Assembly: GCA_030390025.1 (NCBI GenBank)
Contig: CM059432.1
Span: forward strand, 40,116,001-40,180,000
Length of the DNA: 64,000 nt
Reading direction: 5' to 3'
Source: Squalus acanthias
Taxonomy: Eukaryota
Part shown: one piece after another, positions 14,143-25,267 of the stretch
Layout of the letters: every line of letters starts with the position of its first letter
How positions within the stretch are numbered: the first letter of the stretch is position 1
Notes under the pieces: model-generated
Seen by the model: only the letters and a program-made list of their open reading frames with translations
Told to the model about the DNA's origin: nothing
Databases searched by the model: none
Translations under genes and position numbers: made by a program

Positions 14143-14597
14143 TGTGTCAGCTATGGCTCAGTGAGTAGCACCCTCGCCTGCATTAGAAGGTTGTGGCTTC
14201 AAGTCCCACTCCAGAGACTTGAGCACAAAAATCTAGGCTGACACTCCAGTGCAGTTCTGAGGAAGTACTGCACTGTTGGAGGTGCTGTCTGTCGGATGTG
14301 ACGTTAAACCGGGGCCCTGTCTGCTCTCTCAGGTAGACGTAAAAGATCCTATGGCACTATTCGAAGAAGAGCAGGGGAGTTATCCCCGGTGTCCTGGTCA
14401 ATATTTATCCCTCAATCAACAGTTTATCTGGTCATTATCATATTGCTGTTTGTGGGAGCTTGCTGTGTGCAAATTGGCTGCCGCGTTTCCTACATTACAA
14501 CAGTGACTACACTTCAAAACGTACTTCATTGGGTGTATAGCGATTTGGGACATCTGGTGGTCGTGAAAGGCGCTATAGAAATGCAAGTCTTTCTTCG
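14143..14597 (+). mobile_element. tRNA-derived Deu-domain SINE (SacSINE1/AmnSINE-related) with L2-type tail
   Basis: A box tggctcagtg and B-box-like ttcaagtcc; Deu core gtaaaagatcctatggcactattcgaagaagagcaggggag; tail aaggcgctatagaaatgcaagtctttctt. Confidence 0.82.
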
Positions 14598-16623
14598 TTA
14601 AGCAAATATGTCTACTTCCCCCCAACCCCCATCCCACAGAGTACACGGTGACCTTAGAAACAGGCTATGTTAAACATAGCTCTGCTTTAGCAGCAGATAG
14701 CTTTATTAAAGTTAAACCCTTTACACCTATTTGGAAAAGCTATCAAGATATAAACACTCCCTCACTATTATAAAATACATTTTGCCAGCAGTTCATTACA
14801 CTTCCACTTGCCCACAGACATTCTATGGGATTTTGCACTGGAACTTACTGTAAATCAAAAAGCCAAAACGACACTGCACCCTCTGCAGGAGATCTGGGAC
14901 CTGTGTGAATAAGGCAAGCAACTATGTATCTCCTTGACCAATCAGATTGAAGAATCGTTAATGACCAGCAAACCAGGAAGTGTCAGTTAGAATATTTAAT
15001 TCAATGTCAAATCAGGTACAGAAAGCAAAATAGAGGGAAAGAAAGATGGGAATAAGAGAGAAAAATTTACATTTTTTAATTTAAAAAAAAAATCTCAAAC
15101 AATAATTAAAATCTGAAGGAATAAGACTCCACACTTGTAAATATTAATGTTTAGTGCCAGAGAGGTTATTTGGCTATAATTAAGACTTAACTCACCATTA
15201 AAAATTTGCTTATACTAGAATGGACAAGCCCTAACTTTTTAAAATGGTTACAGCATAGAAGGAGGCCATTCAGCCTGTCGAACATACATACGAATTAGGA
15301 GCAGGAGTAGGCCACTCGGCCCTTCGAGCCTGCTCCGCCATTCAATAAGATCATGGCTAATCCGATTACTCCACGTTCCCGCCTACCCCCGATAACTTTT
15401 CACCCCCTTGCTTACCAAGAATCTATCTACCTCTGCCTTAAAAATATTCAAAGACTCTGCTTCCACCGCCCTCTGAGGAAGAGAGTTCCAAAGACTCACG
15501 ACCCTCTGTGAGAAAAAATTTCTCCTCATCTCTGTCTTAAATGGGCGACCCCTTATTTTTAAACAGTGACCCCTAGTTCTAGATTCTCCCACAAGAGGAA
15601 GCATCCTCTCCACATCCACCCTGTCCAGACCCCTCAGGATCTTATATGTTTCAATCAAGTCACCTCTTATTTTTCTAAACTCCAGCGGATACAAGCCTAG
15701 CCTGTCCAACCTTTCCTCATAAGACAACCTGCCCATTCCAGGTATTAGTCTAGTAAACCTTCTCTGAACTGCTTCCAACGCATTTACATCCTTCCTTAAA
15801 TAAGGAGACCAATACTGTACACAGTACTCCAGATGTGGTCTCACCAATGCCCTGTAAACTGAAGCATAACCTCCCTACTTTTGTATTCAATTCCCCTCTC
15901 AATAAACGATAACATTCTATTAGCTTTCCTAATTACTTGCTGTACCTGCATAGTAACCTTTTGCGATTCATGCACTAGGACACCCAGATCCCTCTGCATC
16001 TCAGAGCTCTGCAATCTCTCACCATTTAGATAATATGCTTCTTTTTTATTCTTCCTGCCAAAATGGACAACTTCACATTTTCCCACATTATACTCCATTT
16101 GCCAGATCTTTGCCCACTCACTTAAGTTATCTATATCCCTTTGTAGCCTTCTTATGTCCTCTTCACAATTTACTTTCCTACCTATCTTTGTGTCATCAGC
16201 AAATTTAGCAACCATACCTTCGGTCCCTTCATCCAAGTCATTTATATAAATTGTAAAAAGTTGAGGCCCCAGCACTGATCCCTGTGGCACACCACTCGTT
16301 ACATCTTGCCAATCAGAAAATGACCCATTTATGCCTACTCTCTGTTTCCTGTTAGCTAGCCAATCTTCTATCCATGCCAATATGTTACCCCCTACACCGT
16401 GAGCTTTTATTTTCCGCAATAACCTTTTATGTGGCACCTTATCAAATGCCTTCTGGAAATCTAAGTACAGTACATCCACCGATTCCCCTTTATCCACAGC
16501 ACATGTTACTTCCTCAAAGAACTCCAATAAATTGTGATGTGGAGATGCCGGCGTTGGACTGGGGTGGACAAAAATGAGAAGTCGCACAACACCAGGTTAT
16601 AGTCCAACAGATTTATTTAAAAT

Positions 16624-16659
16624 TACAAGCTTTCGGAGCTGTCGCTCCTTCTTCAGGTA
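16624..16659 (-). ncRNA. Minimal type I hammerhead ribozyme motif (3' pLTR of PLE-A)
   Basis: Minus strand UAC-CUGAAGA-A-GGAGC-gaca-GCUCC-GAAAG-CUU-GUA: catalytic boxes, 5-bp stem II, palindromic AAGCUU helix III, stem I UAC/GUA. Confidence 0.8.
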
Positions 16660-16889
16660 GGGTAGCTGTGAGAGAATCTCCCAGAATTCACAATATAAAC
16701 ACAGAAAAAATGTATTCAAATCTTTCCCTACATCAAAGACACACTAAGAGCACAGCCAAGACAATGAGATGTGTCCCAGGGGGTCCAACGTGTCAAAACA
16801 CCTGCTGGCCGTATATCCTCTCCATTTGGGTTTGGTTCTTGTGTTAGTTTTTTAAAAAAAAACCTGGAAAGACCGGCCATGATGTCAAG

Positions 16890-19568
16890 TCACGTTCTGT
16901 ATCGTGACATGAACCTGATATCGCGATTGAGGCCATCCTCATGAGTGCGGAACTTGGCTATCAGTTTCTGCTCTATGATTTTGCGCTGTCGTGTATCCCG
17001 AAGGCCGCCTTGGAGAACGCTTACCCGCAGATCCGAGGCTAAATGCCCCTGACTGCTGAAGTGTTCCCCGACTGGGAGGCAACCCTCCTGCCTGGCGATT
17101 GTTGCGCGGTGTCCGTTCATACGTTGTCTCAGTGTCTGCATGGTCTCGCCGATGTACCATGCTCTGGGGCATCCTTTACTGCAACGTATCAGGTAGACAA
17201 CGTTGGCCGAGTCACATGAGTATGTACCATGTACCTGGTGGGTAGTGTCCTCACGTGTGATGATGGTATCTGTGTCCATGATCTGGCATGTCTTGCAGAG
17301 GTTGCCGTGGCAGGGTTGTGTGGTGTCGTGGTTGCTGTTCTCCTGAAAGATGGGTAATCTGCTGCGAACGATGGTACTTTTGAGGTTAGGCGGCTGCTTG
17401 AAGGCGAGTAGTGGAGGCGTGGGGATGGCCTTAGCAAGGTGTTCGTCGTCATCGATGACATGTTGAAGGCTGCGAAGAACATGGCGTAGTTTTTCCGCTC
17501 CGGGGAAGTACTGGACGACGTAGGGTACTCTGTTGGTTGTGTCCCGTGTTCGTCTTCTGAGGAGGTCTATGCGGTTTTTCGCTGTGGCCCGTCGGAACTG
17601 TCGATTGACGAGTCGAGCGTCATATCCCGTTCTTACGAGGGCGTCTTTCAGTGTCCGTAGGTGTCCATCGCGTTCCTCCTTGTCTGAGCAGATCCTGTGT
17701 ATTCGCAGGGCTTGTCCATAGGGGATGGCTTCTTTAACGTGGTTAGGGTGGAAGCTGGAGAAGTGGAGCATCGTGAGGTTGTCCGTGGGCTTGCGGTAGA
17801 GTGAAGTGCTGAGGCGTCCGTCTTTGATGGAGATTCGTGTGTCCAAGAATGAAACCGATTCTGAGGAGTAGTCCATGGTGAGTTTGATGGTGGGATGGAA
17901 CCTGTTGATGCTATCGTGTAGTCCTTTCAGTGATCCTTCGCCGTGGGTCCAAAGGAAGAAGATGTCGTCGATGTATCTGGTGTACAGCGTTGGTTGGAGG
18001 TCCTGTGCAGCGAAGAAGTCTTGCTCGAACTTGTGCATGAAGATGTTGGCGTATTGGGGTGCGAATTTGGTCCCCATGGCTGTTCCGTGTGTTTGGGTAA
18101 AAAAATGGTTGTCGAAGGTGAAGACATTGTGGTCAAGGATGAAGCGGATGAGTTGTAGGATGGCGTCCGGAGATTGGCTGTTGTTGGTGTTGAGTACTGA
18201 GGCTGTCGCAGCGATGCCGTCATTGTGGGGGATATTGGTGTAGAGTGCCGATACGTCCATCGTGACGAGGAGTGTTCCTGGTTCAACTGGTCCATGGGTG
18301 CTGAGTTTCTGCAAGAAGTCTGTAGTGTCGCGACAGAAGCTGGGGGTTCCCTGTACGATGGGTTTCAGGATGCCCTCGACGTACCCAGAGAGGTTCTCAC
18401 ACAGGGTTCCGTTGCCTGATACGATAGGACGTCCGGGTGTGTTGGCTTTGTGTATCTTTGGGAGGCAGTAAAAGTCTCCTACGCGGGGAGTACGTGGGAT
18501 GCGAGCGCGTAGGATGTTTTGAAGGTCTGGATCGAAGGTCTTGATCAGTCTATTGAGTTGGCGGGTGTGTTCTTTGGTCGGATCTGCGGGTAGCTGTCTG
18601 TAGTGTTCCTGGTTGTCCAGTTGTCGGTATGCTTCTTTGCAATAGTCCATTCTGTTCTGTATGACGATGGCTCCTCCTTTGTCCGCTGGTTTGATGACGA
18701 TGTTGCGGTTGGTCTTGAGAGCGTGGATGGCGTTGCGTTGTGCTCGGGTGACATTCTGGACTGTCTTGTGAGTACGGCTGATGAATCTGGCGTTGATGCA
18801 TTTCCTGACAGCTTGAGCATACATGTCAAGCTTAGGGCTGCGACCCTCCGGAGGGGTCCAATTTGACTCTTTCTTCCTCGGTTGTAGCACTGCGGTTCCC
18901 TCTGTCTGCTGTTCCGGATCATTGATTGTCCCATTAGGAATGTTGCTGACATCTTGGGATTTGTGGTAGTATTCCCGGATCCTCATTCTCCTGATGAATT
19001 CCTCTGTGTCCGCCGCGAGACCGATGGGGTCCATTTTGGTGGTGGGGCAGAACTTGAGCCCTAGGGCGAGAACTTCGATTTCGTCTGGTTGAAGGGTGTG
19101 GTCCGACAGGTTGACGATGGACTTCCCTGTGGTTGCAACCGTGGTACCGGGGGAGGCTTGGTTGCAGCTGGTGGTTACGCCGAGTTTCTCAAGCTTCCTG
19201 TTCTTGATGCGCATGTAGGCAGCGTAGTTCCGTTGCCTCGTCTGTTTGGCGGTGTCTCGTAGCTGGTCTGCTGTGTCCTGAGCACAGGCTGAGAGCATGG
19301 ACTCTATCTTGGTTTCGAGGTTGCGACGTCTGCTGTAGAGCTGGTGTACGAGATGGTTGAGGAGTGTGCGAGAGGTACGACGGCAAAGTCTCTCAGCGTA
19401 GTCTGTGTTGTATGTCGACTTGAGTGGGTTCGTGATCTGTAGTCCTTTCGGAATCTTGTCTGCTTTCTTGCATCTCTGCAGGTACTTGATGTCTGTGTCA
19501 ATATGCGCGATCTTCTTGGCGATTCTCTCCACTTTGAGCCGGCAGTTTGCGGTGTCAATAGAGGTCAT
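16890..19568 (-). CDS. PLE polyprotein: reverse transcriptase + Cys-rich linker + GIY-YIG endonuclease (892 aa from first ATG)
   Basis: Uninterrupted ORF; motifs ADKGG, LPKIHK, GRPIVS, DVSALYT, GTAMG, RYIDDIF, FLD, LYRKPT; CxxxxCxxC linker; VVYLIRC..YIGET..R..GH..GLN. Confidence 0.95.
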   Translation of the reverse strand: MTSIDTANCRLKVERIAKKIAHIDTDIKYLQRCKKADKIPKGLQITNPLKSTYNTDYAERLCRRTSRTLLNHLVHQLYSRRRNLETKIESMLSACAQDTADQLRDTAKQTRQRNYAAYMRIKNRKLEKLGVTTSCNQASPGTTVATTGKSIVNLSDHTLQPDEIEVLALGLKFCPTTKMDPIGLAADTEEFIRRMRIREYYHKSQDVSNIPNGTINDPEQQTEGTAVLQPRKKESNWTPPEGRSPKLDMYAQAVRKCINARFISRTHKTVQNVTRAQRNAIHALKTNRNIVIKPADKGGAIVIQNRMDYCKEAYRQLDNQEHYRQLPADPTKEHTRQLNRLIKTFDPDLQNILRARIPRTPRVGDFYCLPKIHKANTPGRPIVSGNGTLCENLSGYVEGILKPIVQGTPSFCRDTTDFLQKLSTHGPVEPGTLLVTMDVSALYTNIPHNDGIAATASVLNTNNSQSPDAILQLIRFILDHNVFTFDNHFFTQTHGTAMGTKFAPQYANIFMHKFEQDFFAAQDLQPTLYTRYIDDIFFLWTHGEGSLKGLHDSINRFHPTIKLTMDYSSESVSFLDTRISIKDGRLSTSLYRKPTDNLTMLHFSSFHPNHVKEAIPYGQALRIHRICSDKEERDGHLRTLKDALVRTGYDARLVNRQFRRATAKNRIDLLRRRTRDTTNRVPYVVQYFPGAEKLRHVLRSLQHVIDDDEHLAKAIPTPPLLAFKQPPNLKSTIVRSRLPIFQENSNHDTTQPCHGNLCKTCQIMDTDTIITREDTTHQVHGTYSCDSANVVYLIRCSKGCPRAWYIGETMQTLRQRMNGHRATIARQEGCLPVGEHFSSQGHLASDLRVSVLQGGLRDTRQRKIIEQKLIAKFRTHEDGLNRDIRFMSRYRT

Positions 19569-19656
19569 GATGTGGAGATGCCGGCGTTGGACTGGGGTGG
19601 ACAAAAATGAGAAGTCGCACAACACCAGGTTATAGTCCAACAGATTTATTTAAAAT

Positions 19657-19692
19657 TACAAGCTTTCGGAGCTGTCGCTCCTTCTTCAGGTA
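19657..19692 (-). ncRNA. Minimal type I hammerhead ribozyme motif (5' pLTR of PLE-A)
   Basis: Identical to 16624-16659; ~90 nt upstream of the ATG. Confidence 0.8.
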
Positions 19693-21600
19693 GGGTAGCT
19701 GTGAGAGAATCTCCCAGAATTCACAATATAAACACAGAAAAAATTTATTCAAATCTTTCCCTACATCAAAGACACACTAAGAGCACAGCCAAGACAATGA
19801 GATGTGTCCCAGGGGGTCCAACGTGTCAAAACACCTGCTGGCCGCATATCCTCTCCATTTGGGTTTGGTTCTTGTGTTAGTTTTACCTGGAAAGACCGGC
19901 CATGATGTCAAGTCACGTTCTGTATCGTGACATGAACCCGATATCGCGATTGAGGCCATCCTCATGAGTGCGGAACTTGGCTATCAGCTTGGCAATAAAT
20001 TGGTTAAACATGATTTCCCTTGCACAAAACCATGTTGACTCTGCCTGATTACTTTGAACTTTTCTAAATGCCCTGCTATAACGTCTTTAATAATAGCTTC
20101 TAACATCTTCCCTATGACAGATGTTAAGCTAACTGGCCTGTAGTTTCCTGCTTTCTGTCTCCCTCCCTTTTTGAATAAAGGAGTTACATTCGCTATTTTC
20201 CAATCTAATGGGACCTTCCCCGAATCTAGGGAATTTTGGAAAATTTAAACCAACGCATCAACTATCTCACTAGCCACTTCTTTTAAGACCCTAGGATGAA
20301 GTCCATCAGGACCCGGGGACTTGTCAGCCTGCAGCTCCAACAATTTGCTCAGTACCACTTCCCTGGTGATTATAATTTTCTTGAGTTCCTCCCTCCCTTC
20401 CATTTCCTGATTTACAGCTATTTCTGGGATGTTACTTGTATCCTCTATAGTGAAGACCGATGCAAAATACCTGTTCAATTCAACTGCCATCTCCTTATTT
20501 TCCATTATTAATTCCTCAGACTCACTTTTTATAGGACCAACGCTCACTTTGTTAACTCTTTTTAAAATATCTATAGAAACTCTTACTATCTGTTTTTATA
20601 TTGCTAGCTAGCTTTCTCTCGTACTCTAATTTTTCTCTCCTTATTAATCTTTTAGTCATTCTTTGCTGTTTTTTATATTCTGTCCAATCTTCTGACCTGC
20701 CACCCATCTTTGCGCAATTATATGCTTTTTCTTTAAGTTTAATACTATCTTTAGCTTTTTTAGTTAACCACGGATGGTGGGTCCTCCCCTTGGAATTTTT
20801 CTTTCTTGTTGGAATGTATATACTGTATTCTGTGTATTTTGAAATATCCCCTTAAATGTCTGCCACTGCAACTCTATTGACCTATCCCTTAACCTAATTT
20901 GCCAGTTCACTTTAGCTAGCTCTGCTTTCATGCCCTCATAATTGCCCTTATTTAAGTTTAAAATGCCAGTCTTGGACCCACTCTTCTCTCTCTCAAACTG
21001 AATGTAAAATTCAATCATATTATGATCGCTGCTACCTAGGGGCGCCTTCACTATGAGGTCATTAATTTATCCTATCTCGTTGCACAATACCAGGTCTAGT
21101 ATAGCCTGCTCTCTGGTTGGCTCCAGAACATACTGTTGTAAGAAACTATCCCGAAAACATTCCATGAACTCTTCATCTATGCTACCTTTGCCCATCTGAT
21201 TTTTCCAGTCTATATGCAGATTAAAATCCCCCATGATTATTGCCATACCCTTCGGACAAGCTCCCATTATTTCTTCCTTTATATTCCATGTGGTTACTGT
21301 TAGGGGGCCTGTACATCACCCCCACAAGTGATTTCTTGCCTTTATTATTTCTCATCTCTACTCAAACCGCTTCTACATCCTGGTTTCCTGAACTTAGGTC
21401 ATCCCTCTCTATTGTGCTAATACCATCATTAATTAACAGAGCCACCCCTCCACCTTTTCCCACCTTCCTGTCCTTCCTAAATGTCATGTACCCTTCTCTG
21501 CAAGAGCACGTCAGCTAGTGCCACTCCCCTGCCCTTTCCCCATAGCCCTGGAACTTTTTTTCCTTCAGGTACTTATCCAATTCCCTTTTGAAAGCCACGC

Positions 21601-22346
21601 AAACCAAGCAATAGGGTTTATTTCTGGAGGGATAGAATTGAAAAGTAGTGAAGCTAAACTTGTATCGAACCTTGGTTAGACGTCACTTGGACTACTGCGT
21701 ACAAAGGCATCAAGGGGTATGGGGAGAGCGCGGGAATATGGTATTGAGATAGAGGATCAGCCATGATCATATTGAATGGCGGAGCAGGCTCGAAGGGCCG
21801 AATGGCCTACTCCTGCTCCTATTTTTCTATGTTTCTAATTCTGGTCGCCATATTATGAAAAGGATATAGAGGCACTGGAGAGGATGCAGAGAAGATTTAC
21901 AAGGATGATACCAGAAATGCGAGAGTATACCTATCAGGAAAGGATGAACAGGCTGGGTCTCTTTTCTCTTGAAAAGAGAAGGCTGAGTGGTGACCTAATA
22001 GAGGTCTTTAAAATTATGAAAGGCTTTGATAGAGTAGACGCAACGAGAGTGTTTCCACTTGTGGGGAAAAGCATAACTAAAGGCCATCAATATAAGATAG
22101 TCACCAAGAGATTAAATAGGGAATTCAGAAGGAACTTCTTTACTCAGGAGAGTGGTGAGAATGTGGAACTCGCTACCACAGGGAGTGGTTGAAGCAAATA
22201 GTATAGATGCATTTAAGGGAAGCTAGATAAGCATATGAGGGAGAAGGGAATAGAGGGTCATGCTGATAGTTAGATGAGGAAAGACGGGAGGAGACTCGAG
22301 TGGAGCATAAACGCCGGCATGGACTAGTTGGGCCGAATGGCCTGTT
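21601..22346 (+). mobile_element. CR1 3' fragment containing a second CR1-tail insertion (~21704-21837)
   Basis: ORF 21884-22192 (QRRFTRMIP, GDLIEVFK); tails gggccgaatggcct at ~21795 and ~22330. Confidence 0.82.
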
Positions 22347-23182
22347 TCTGTGCTGTATATCCTATGTACCTCCACCACCCTTTCAGCAGTGCATTCCAGA
22401 TCCTAACCACTCACTGCGTAAAAAGTTCTTCCTCATGTCACCTTTGGTTCTTCTGCCAATCACCTTAAATCTGTGTCCTTTGGTTCTCAACCCTTCCGCC
22501 AATGGGAACAGTTTTTCTCTATCTATTCTGTCTGGACCCCTCATGATTTATGAACACCACTATCAAATCTCTAGAGAGTTTAGTGGGTATATATCCCGTA
22601 AGTACAGCGAATTCACACTGTTCCATGTATTTCAATGCTGAGTCTCTCAGCCAGATACTGGTATAGCACAGCTTCTGGAGGAGCAGGGCAACTCAGACAG
22701 CAACTTCCTGATTTCCTCGTTTAACTGCGCCTGTGCAGTCGCCAGAAGTTGCTGTCCGATTTACACTTTAATGATGGTGAGCGCTGTTAGCCTCACCATG
22801 ATTTCTACACCAAAAGCCGGCCGGCCCATTGTCTGTTGCATAGTATACTGCTCTTGTCGTTCTAAAACCATATACTCAATTTACTATGAGTATTGCCAAA
22901 ATAAAAATGCTACTGCCAGAGGCATTTTTTAAATACAGTTTCTTTGTTGATAGACTTCATTCTATAAAATTCTACTCCTACATTCTAGTCATAACTATAC
23001 AGTACTGCAAAGGCTAGTATCAGTTTAGAATTTTACCTGTGATTATCTTAGTGTTGTAGATGTTGTTTACAATAAGCTTTGTTCCTAATTAGCCTTACCC
23101 AATTAAAATGTATAGAGTAGATATAAAATGAAACCAATGTACTATATTAGAAATTTTAATCATAATTCTCAAATATTGACAG

Positions 23183-23322
23183 ATATCTGTCAGAAGAGGA
23201 TGTCCTGGATAAAGAAAATCCATTTGTTCAACTAGTGAGTGGAGTAATATGGCTCCTGCGAAATGGCACTATTTATATTAATGAGAGCCAATCGGCTGAG
23301 TGTTCAAAGACCCAGGAAACAG
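23183..23322 (+). CDS. NAGPA: NAGPA internal coding exon (phosphodiester glycosidase domain)
   Basis: AG at 23181-82, GT at 23323-24; translates YLSEEDVLDKENPFVQLVSGVIWLLRNGTIYINESQSAECSKTQET(G), recognisably vertebrate NAGPA; 140 nt, phase 2 to 1. Confidence 0.95.
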
Positions 23323-24221
23323 GTACAGTACAAGAGTCAAAACTCATGGTTTAATGAGTAAAGACAATGAAAATGTATTTAAAAATGTTGCAGTGAAATC
23401 CAAATTTATTGCATTGTTCCAAAAGCAAAGAATCATAAACTCTGTGTAGCCTTTTTTTTTGTTTACCGCAAACATTTCTTTAATGCTGCATTTAATTCTG
23501 ATAAAATAAAACATTTTAGAGCAGTGTGAACTATTTATTTTCAGAAGAACAGTTGTATGTTTTTTGAGCATGCATTTTAGCCTTTGCATTCTAGCTTTGG
23601 GATGTGACGCACACAGTATTCCGGTGCTGCAGTCTCAATGCTATGAAACAGTTTACACCACAGTTGATTAAGCAGAAATCAGTATTAAACATTAAAATTG
23701 CCAATTATTTCAAAAATTGATGAAAACAATTTTTACAGCAGCACTTTGTTTTGCATCCTAAGCAGAAATTTCCACAAGAACAATTTATTCCCACTCAGAA
23801 ATCACAGAATAAATCTAAATTGAGATCTTTATGGATGTTTACTCTGATACCTGGTTTGGAGCATATAAAGGCCTAAAAATTACTGTGTGCAAGCTGAATG
23901 TTTGAACCTATTTAAAAGGGCTATATTTCTGTCAATGTAGTGAACATATTAATACAATATGAATGCGTTAAGCACTCAACTGCTAATATTACATGCACTT
24001 CTAGGCTGTAAGTTTTGTGGCTAATCAACAAGATTGAGTAACAAAAAGACTTCTTCAGTTTAACAAACTTTTAACTTTTTTAAATTAATGTTTCGCAATT
24101 TTTCTGTCAGAAGTAGTTAATACTGCTAACTAACAAAATTGCTTTTGAATGAGTGCAGCTTTAACTTTTTAAAAATATTTTTGCACCTTAGCTCGAAGAG
24201 TTCTATGATTGTTTTATATAT

Positions 24222-24485
24222 GTCATGATGCGGAGATGCCGGTGTTGGACTGGGGTGGACAAAATTGAGAGGTCGCACAACACCAGGTTATAGTCCAACA
24301 GTTTTATTTGAAATCACAAGTATGCAATTGTAAGGTACACATGCTTTGTTCTCTATCTATATATGCTTTGGCGATTCTGTATCTAATTTACTTCACCTGA
24401 GGAAGGAGCAATCGATAGCTCCGAAAGCTTGTGATTTCAAATAAAACTGTTGGACTATAACCTGGTGTTGTGCGACCTCTCAATT
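24222..24485. mobile_element. PLE family A-related fold-back mini-insertion
   Basis: 13-bp TSD ttgttttatatat (24209-24221 / 24486-24498); pLTR segment in both orientations. Confidence 0.88.
24393..24434 (+). ncRNA. Minimal hammerhead ribozyme motif, sense to NAGPA pre-mRNA
   Basis: UCAC-CUGAGGA-A-GGAGC-aaucgaua-GCUCC-GAAAG-CUU-GUGA; stem I shows a compensatory change relative to the 16624 copy. Confidence 0.8.
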
Positions 24486-24744
24486 TTGTTTTATATATAC
24501 CATTAGTGTAGCTCAATAGAGAAACACTTATCAGGAAAACAGAATCGGTCATTGAATCTCAGTCACTATTCTATTTTGCTTGCATTGCAGGTCCAATATG
24601 GTGTGTCACACCACCCAATCTATCACCTCAATACCCGAGCTGATTTGCCTATTCTGTCTGGCAGTGACTGCCACCTGTGAAAATGGTTTAGATAATGTAG
24701 TGCAACACCCTCGAGCTTCGATGTTCTATGTCACTTTGGAATAG

Positions 24745-25267
24745 TAGGGGGTAGAAGTTATGCTACAGCTATACAAATCCTTAGTGAGACCACACCTTGG
24801 AGTACTGTGTTCAATTCTAGGTACCATACCTTAGTAAGGATATATTGGCCTTGGAGGGAGGCCTTAGGTTAAGGGGTGATTTGATCGAAGTTTTCAAGAT
24901 ATTAAGGGGAACTGATAGGGTAGAGAGAAACTATTTCCACTGGTTGGGGAATCTAGGACTCGGGGACATGGCCTAAACATTAGAGCCAGGCCTTACAGGA
25001 GTGACGTTAGGAAACACTTCTACACGCAAAGAATGGTAGACGTTTGGAACTCTTCTGCAAATAGCAGTTAATGCTAGGTCAATTGTTAATTTCAAATCTG
25101 AGATTGATAAATTTTTGTTAACCAAAGGTATTAAGGGGTATGGGGCAAAGGAGGGTATATCCTGCCTGTAGTGGACCTGCCTTTAGGCAGGTTAGGTCAC
25201 AGATCAGCCATGATTGCGTTAACTGGTGGAACAGGCTCGATGGTCTAAATACTCCTGTTCCTATGTT
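24745..25267 (+). mobile_element. Decayed CR1 3' fragment
   Basis: LQLYKSLVRPHL and GDLIEVFKIL-like sequence; tail actcctgttcctatgtt. Confidence 0.8.

Larger units (their letters stand above)
16535..19992 (-). mobile_element. Penelope-like retroelement family A (Neptune-like), full ORF with partial-tandem pseudo-LTR
   Basis: 10-bp TSD caataaattg (16525-16534 / 19993-20002); 16535-~16965 repeated directly at 19568-19987; intact RT + GIY-YIG ORF between the repeats. Confidence 0.95.
15281..21493 (-). mobile_element. CR1 LINE ORF2 (EN + RT), interrupted by a PLE at 16535-19992
   Basis: ORFs 21067-21267 (GDFN, LDLVL), 20764-21051 (SDH), 20245-20547, 15841-16587 (QGSVLGP, FADD), 15383-15847. Confidence 0.92.
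15244..22572 (-). mobile_element. Short CR1 3' fragment (15244-15280, ~21494-21600, ~22370-22572) split by later insertions
   Basis: The three pieces join colinearly into a CR1 3' end like 10350-10730. Confidence 0.6.

Noticed and set aside
16890..19568. Selenocysteine-recoding (Naiad-type) PLE
   Set aside because: No in-frame UGA inside the ORF
19569..19640. N-terminal 24 aa of the 916-aa ORF call
   Set aside because: It starts at a TTG inside the pLTR; the first ATG (MTSIDT) is at 19568
1..23182. Upstream NAGPA exons or promoter
   Set aside because: No matching coding segment or CpG island seen; the region appears to be one long intron whose 5' exon is outside the window
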